A stretch of 41,709 bases of DNA from a virus (taxonomy: Duplodnaviria; Caudoviricetes): IMG/VR virus record IMGVR_UViG_3300020578_000170, positions 1 to 41,709 of that record; one strand, 5' to 3'. Shown in pieces: positions 37,851 through 41,709 of this stretch (its first letter is position 1; each line of letters opens with the position of its first letter). A model generated the notes under the pieces. That model did no database searches. It was not told the origin of the DNA and saw nothing but the letters and a program-made list of their open reading frames with translations. A program made the translations under genes and the position numbers.

Positions 37851-40800
37851 TTACTCTTCCTCATAGTCTTTCATTAAGTTCTGATAGCCGCTTACGTGCA
37901 TTGGCGTAGAACCTAGCAGCCCCATCATGTATTGGTCATATCTATTGACTGGGTACCACTTTGGGGGCAGCCAGTCCGGAGTCGCTGAATACGGAGTTGC
38001 ATATTCTCCGTCAAAGTATTGAACTGTAAACGAAGGAGTTGAATACATATCCGTTCTATTTATATATAGTAAATCAGGACTGTAAAATACCGAATCTCCG
38101 TAGGCGTAATTTAAATTATCATATTTTTCATTCCAAAAAACTATATCTCCAGCTACAGTCACTGGGTTAATATTTGCTGTAGCGGCACCTTCTGACTCTA
38201 CCGCAACTAACCACATTCCTGGGTGATTCTTGTTTGCAGATACGAAGGGTCCTATTTCAAAGTTTCCATATTGATCGGAGACTACGTATGAATAATATGG
38301 CGTGGCATGAAAAATGTCCTGTAGTGTTCTTCCCTTTCTCCAATAAATGACTTTATTAGCCTGTGGAGTACTGATTTTCTTTAAGAATCCCCTAATGTAG
38401 TTGTTTGATATTCCGTCAGCTGGAATTACAGAGTTTTCTGATATAGCTTTAAGCGAATATTCTGATTGATATTCCTTTGAAATTTCAAATGTAATAGACT
38501 TAGAAAATCCTTGAGTCTGAGAATTCTGGTGAGCATTTGCGGATCCGTTGACAACACCCTGAACAGTTACAACTCCATAAGTATCGTTTGTTAAAGTGCT
38601 TCCGTGAAAATATATTCTTGCGCTAACAAAACCATTTATATCAGTATTATAATAGGATTCCTCTGCTTGTATGTGATCTCCAGTTATGGCAAATGTTTGA
38701 TACGGTTTTGAGTTTCCATTCTCGTCCAAAGACTTTATCGTAATCACCATAAAATCATCGTTGTCTGCAATTATATTTGCCGGACTTAATTTTATTTCTG
38801 CGTCAGAAAAATCATAATCTTGATGACTTAAATAAACAAACCCCTCTTGATCCCAAAGTTCCATTGGGTTAACGTTAAGGGCTATTGGAGTGGCATGGGA
38901 TACAATGGAGTTTTCATACGTTATATCATACTCATAGAATGAAGACGGAGTAGAATCAAATCTTATAGCTGTAACATAACTGGTCTTACTTGAGTCATAA
39001 TAATCATTATCAACCACAAAAGAATCTTTAACCTTATAAGAAACATAATACTCTCTTCCATATACGGAAGGTGTTGATGAGCTAAATACTTGAATAGTAT
39101 TTGTTGTAGTGCTACCGCCGTTCATAAGAACATATCCAGTTATTGAATCTGTTACTTGTACATCGTAAACGTTTTCATAACCCAAATATAAATTATTTGA
39201 TTTATTTGCAGTTACAGTTTCAGAATTTATTAAAGACACATATGTTGGAGAGGCCTCATCGTAGAACGCTACCTCTCTTAATACCGCAGGAGTAGAAGAA
39301 TTTCTTTCTACTATAATTGGCGCACCTTGTTTTACGGCGTGACTTAGGTTTAAATAAAAACCGGGAGTAGCAAAAGTTTCCGTAACTGGATAAGCGTATA
39401 TATAATAGTCTTCTCCATTTTGATGGTACCAACCAACATTCAGATAGGAGCTGTATATACCTTCAAACTCAGCGGTTACACTAACGGGTGACAGTGCTCC
39501 CTGTTCGTCTTCAATGATTGAAGAGTTAATAAATTTTGGATCTTGGCCAAACAAAGTAACAAACTGTTGAGATGGAGTCAAAAATACTCCATCCGTAGAA
39601 TTTACTACTTCAATTTTTTCTATATAATGATCTTGCCAATCTACGCCAAAGCTATCATATGTTAATTCATATGTTCCAACAAAATCAGAATTGAGACTAA
39701 AATTGTCATCAAAGTTTTCCGCATTGGTTCTAATAATTCCATTTTTGTTGATTGAGCCATTTATCATTGGTGTTGATTCAGCGGTAAAACTTTCCCAAGA
39801 ATCCTTCTTAAACGGATATATAGGAGTAGATGAATTTGAAGTCTTAAAGTTAATTACATTTGGAGTAGATCCATATGGGTATTTTAACTGTCTAAAGTAA
39901 TAGTTATAAGTTGCACCATCGTTGCTGACGTAGTCAGAGTGATAAGTTGGAGTTGCAAAGTTGGGATTAATATACTGAGCAAATATATTTGGAGACGCTG
40001 GAACCAATTTAATTTGATTACCATCAACAGAAAGTCCACCATAACCATCATAAGTAGGGCTTATGTAAATATCCTTGACCTCTTCATATCCAGAAGGCTT
40101 TACGTTATCTATATGGAAATAAATTGGTGTTGAGCCTGGCGGAAAGATTAATGTCTTGTCTATAAAGTCTTTGTCTAAAATATAATTACTCGTATATGAT
40201 ATTTCATTTTCGCTATTTAATAAAAACTTTCCCATTAACCTTGGCGTAGTCTCAAAAGTTCCTCTCTTTTTACTATATGAATTTGAGGATACTTTTATAT
40301 TTGCTCCACCATTGATAAATTTAGAATTCAAAAGACTTATTGGAGATCCAATTGTGGAAGAATAAGGTGTTGCTCCAGTAAAAGATATGTTAAAGTTATT
40401 TGAACCTGCGTTAGGCATAGCAGACGCTTTATTGGCAAAGTAGTAATTAGCTCTTGAATTTGAAGGAGTTATTGACGTATCAAGATATACCTCGTTTGTA
40501 TTAATATCTTTAAAAACATACTTAGGATATGCATAGCCGTCTTGGTCAAAAATTGGAATTGTTTCATACTCGGGACTTGCTGGATGATTGGGACCGTATG
40601 AGTTTTTTGGATAGTGGGTAACGTCTACGTAAAAAGTTTTTGCCTGTGTGTAAGACCCATGTACGGGCATTTCTAGCAGATACCTAAAATTAACAGTTGC
40701 TGCACTATTTTCATAATAGTCTTGGGTATAGCTTCCATAATATTCATACTCAACAAAAACAGGCGCGTAATCATCTACCTTTCCTAGGTAACGAGATCCA

Positions 40801-41709
40801 TAGGCTTTAAACTTTTCATTAAAATCTATAATAGCTTCTGATGGTTCTTGAACTATTAAATTAGCATCGGATATATCTCCAATTCCTGGCTGGTAATATT
40901 TACCAAGGGGTGTAGCGTCATCGTATACTGCTGGTATTCTTCCAACACCACTTTGATCTCTACCAGCATAGTCCCAATAACCTTCGCCCCATTTAACATA
41001 TCCCCAGTTTAAAGGGTGTTTTTCATTCAATGATCTTACAAAGTCTCTGAATTCTTTGTTTGGTTTTCCAGAAAAATCAAAGTAAGGAGTTGTTGATTCA
41101 ATATCAGCAATCTCAAGTATTTCAGGAGTTGCTCCAAGGTAATCGGAATCAGGAGTTGCTCCATATGCACTCCAGATATCCAGTTCTCTTCTTAAAGTTT
41201 TCTTTACGGCTTCTATAGAAGGTCCTGGTAAATTTTTGTATGTATCTAGTATTCTCTTTTTAAAGTTTGAGTTTTGTTCAAGGTAGAGTCTATTCAGACC
41301 AACTTTAGCACCAAATTCATCAAACCAGTTCCACTTTAATAATGGTTCCTGTTCAAATAGATTTGCATCAATAATAAGCGTTTTAAAAAGCTTTTTAGTA
41401 AATAGCCTTCTATCTGAAGCTGCGTAGTAATAGCAATAATCATTTTCTACCGATTCATAAAAATCGTTTAATGTATCTACTCTTGATAGGTTTACTGTAT
41501 CGCCTTTTACGGAAAGATGCGATGCTGGAACATCAGAAGTTGTATACATCCAGGACAGTTGACTTTCATCAGCTGTTGTGATGAATCTATCCAACTCAAA
41601 TTCATTTACTTGTTTTTCAAAGTTCTCTGGAAAGTCTGACACCAAAGAGTTTATAAAAGATCCAGCTTTTGTGACTGGTGCTTGTAGATTGGGAGTTGCG
41701 TTGTCAACA
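37851..41709 (-). CDS. Large putative virion protein (>1285 aa, 5' end outside the window) with dispersed [A/S]TP motifs
   Basis: The frame stays open from 41708 (VDNATPNLQAP...). WFDEFG..VGL.RL..E.N..FKKRIL resembles baseplate wedge-type proteins; Ig-like segments near the C-terminus. Confidence 0.7.
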   Translation of the reverse strand, partial: VDNATPNLQAPVTKAGSFINSLVSDFPENFEKQVNEFELDRFITTADESQLSWMYTTSDVPASHLSVKGDTVNLSRVDTLNDFYESVENDYCYYYAASDRRLFTKKLFKTLIIDANLFEQEPLLKWNWFDEFGAKVGLNRLYLEQNSNFKKRILDTYKNLPGPSIEAVKKTLRRELDIWSAYGATPDSDYLGATPEILEIADIESTTPYFDFSGKPNKEFRDFVRSLNEKHPLNWGYVKWGEGYWDYAGRDQSGVGRIPAVYDDATPLGKYYQPGIGDISDANLIVQEPSEAIIDFNEKFKAYGSRYLGKVDDYAPVFVEYEYYGSYTQDYYENSAATVNFRYLLEMPVHGSYTQAKTFYVDVTHYPKNSYGPNHPASPEYETIPIFDQDGYAYPKYVFKDINTNEVYLDTSITPSNSRANYYFANKASAMPNAGSNNFNISFTGATPYSSTIGSPISLLNSKFINGGANIKVSSNSYSKKRGTFETTPRLMGKFLLNSENEISYTSNYILDKDFIDKTLIFPPGSTPIYFHIDNVKPSGYEEVKDIYISPTYDGYGGLSVDGNQIKLVPASPNIFAQYINPNFATPTYHSDYVSNDGATYNYYFRQLKYPYGSTPNVINFKTSNSSTPIYPFKKDSWESFTAESTPMINGSINKNGIIRTNAENFDDNFSLNSDFVGTYELTYDSFGVDWQDHYIEKIEVVNSTDGVFLTPSQQFVTLFGQDPKFINSSIIEDEQGALSPVSVTAEFEGIYSSYLNVGWYHQNGEDYYIYAYPVTETFATPGFYLNLSHAVKQGAPIIVERNSSTPAVLREVAFYDEASPTYVSLINSETVTANKSNNLYLGYENVYDVQVTDSITGYVLMNGGSTTTNTIQVFSSSTPSVYGREYYVSYKVKDSFVVDNDYYDSSKTSYVTAIRFDSTPSSFYEYDITYENSIVSHATPIALNVNPMELWDQEGFVYLSHQDYDFSDAEIKLSPANIIADNDDFMVITIKSLDENGNSKPYQTFAITGDHIQAEESYYNTDINGFVSARIYFHGSTLTNDTYGVVTVQGVVNGSANAHQNSQTQGFSKSITFEISKEYQSEYSLKAISENSVIPADGISNNYIRGFLKKISTPQANKVIYWRKGRTLQDIFHATPYYSYVVSDQYGNFEIGPFVSANKNHPGMWLVAVESEGAATANINPVTVAGDIVFWNEKYDNLNYAYGDSVFYSPDLLYINRTDMYSTPSFTVQYFDGEYATPYSATPDWLPPKWYPVNRYDQYMMGLLGSTPMHVSGYQNLMKDYEEE

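Noticed and set aside
116-40133. Plus-strand ORFs in the track other than 3502-3672, and nested minus ORF 13208-13426
   Set aside because: They are antisense or out-of-frame shadows of well-supported minus-strand genes, with no motifs.
1-41709. tRNA gene (e.g. a frameshift suppressor) in this window
   Set aside because: Intergenic gaps are short and I saw no cloverleaf or T-loop motif in them. It may lie elsewhere in the genome.
23710-41709. Classical -1 tail-assembly-chaperone frameshift
   Set aside because: No gene pair in the structural block needs a -1 shift; A/T runs are frequent but are not associated with frame breaks.

Overview
AT-rich segment of a large tailed dsDNA phage. The host is possibly an actinobacterium; this is inferred from the gene families, a leaderless-type promoter and two small genes with GC-richer codon usage. 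Almost all genes lie on the minus strand. In transcription order: a block of large putative virion proteins (41709-22767); nucleotide metabolism and glycosylation genes (class II RNR, ThyX, dCMP deaminase, two GT2 glycosyltransferases, thermonuclease, endonuclease-V-like, NDT-like); a replisome (DnaB-like helicase, AEP primase with a PriL-like Fe-S domain, DnaE, RecB/Cas4-like nuclease); and a sigma factor/RNase H/dNMP kinase operon. Main discovery: four unrelated genes (sigma factor, RecB-like nuclease, DnaE, ~1825-aa virion protein) are each broken by a +1 frameshift, and each break carries an in-frame CGG codon. Skipping its C gives a GGN glycine codon that restores the frame and, in DnaE and the nuclease, a conserved Gly. 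In my manual scan CGG occurs in frame nowhere else in the window. This suggests CGG(N) works as a dedicated +1 shift signal or four-base Gly codon. Second signal: one virion protein carries about 20 dispersed [A/S]-T-P motifs, candidate modification sites for the phage glycosyltransferases. All annotations come from motif recognition by eye; no database searches were run.
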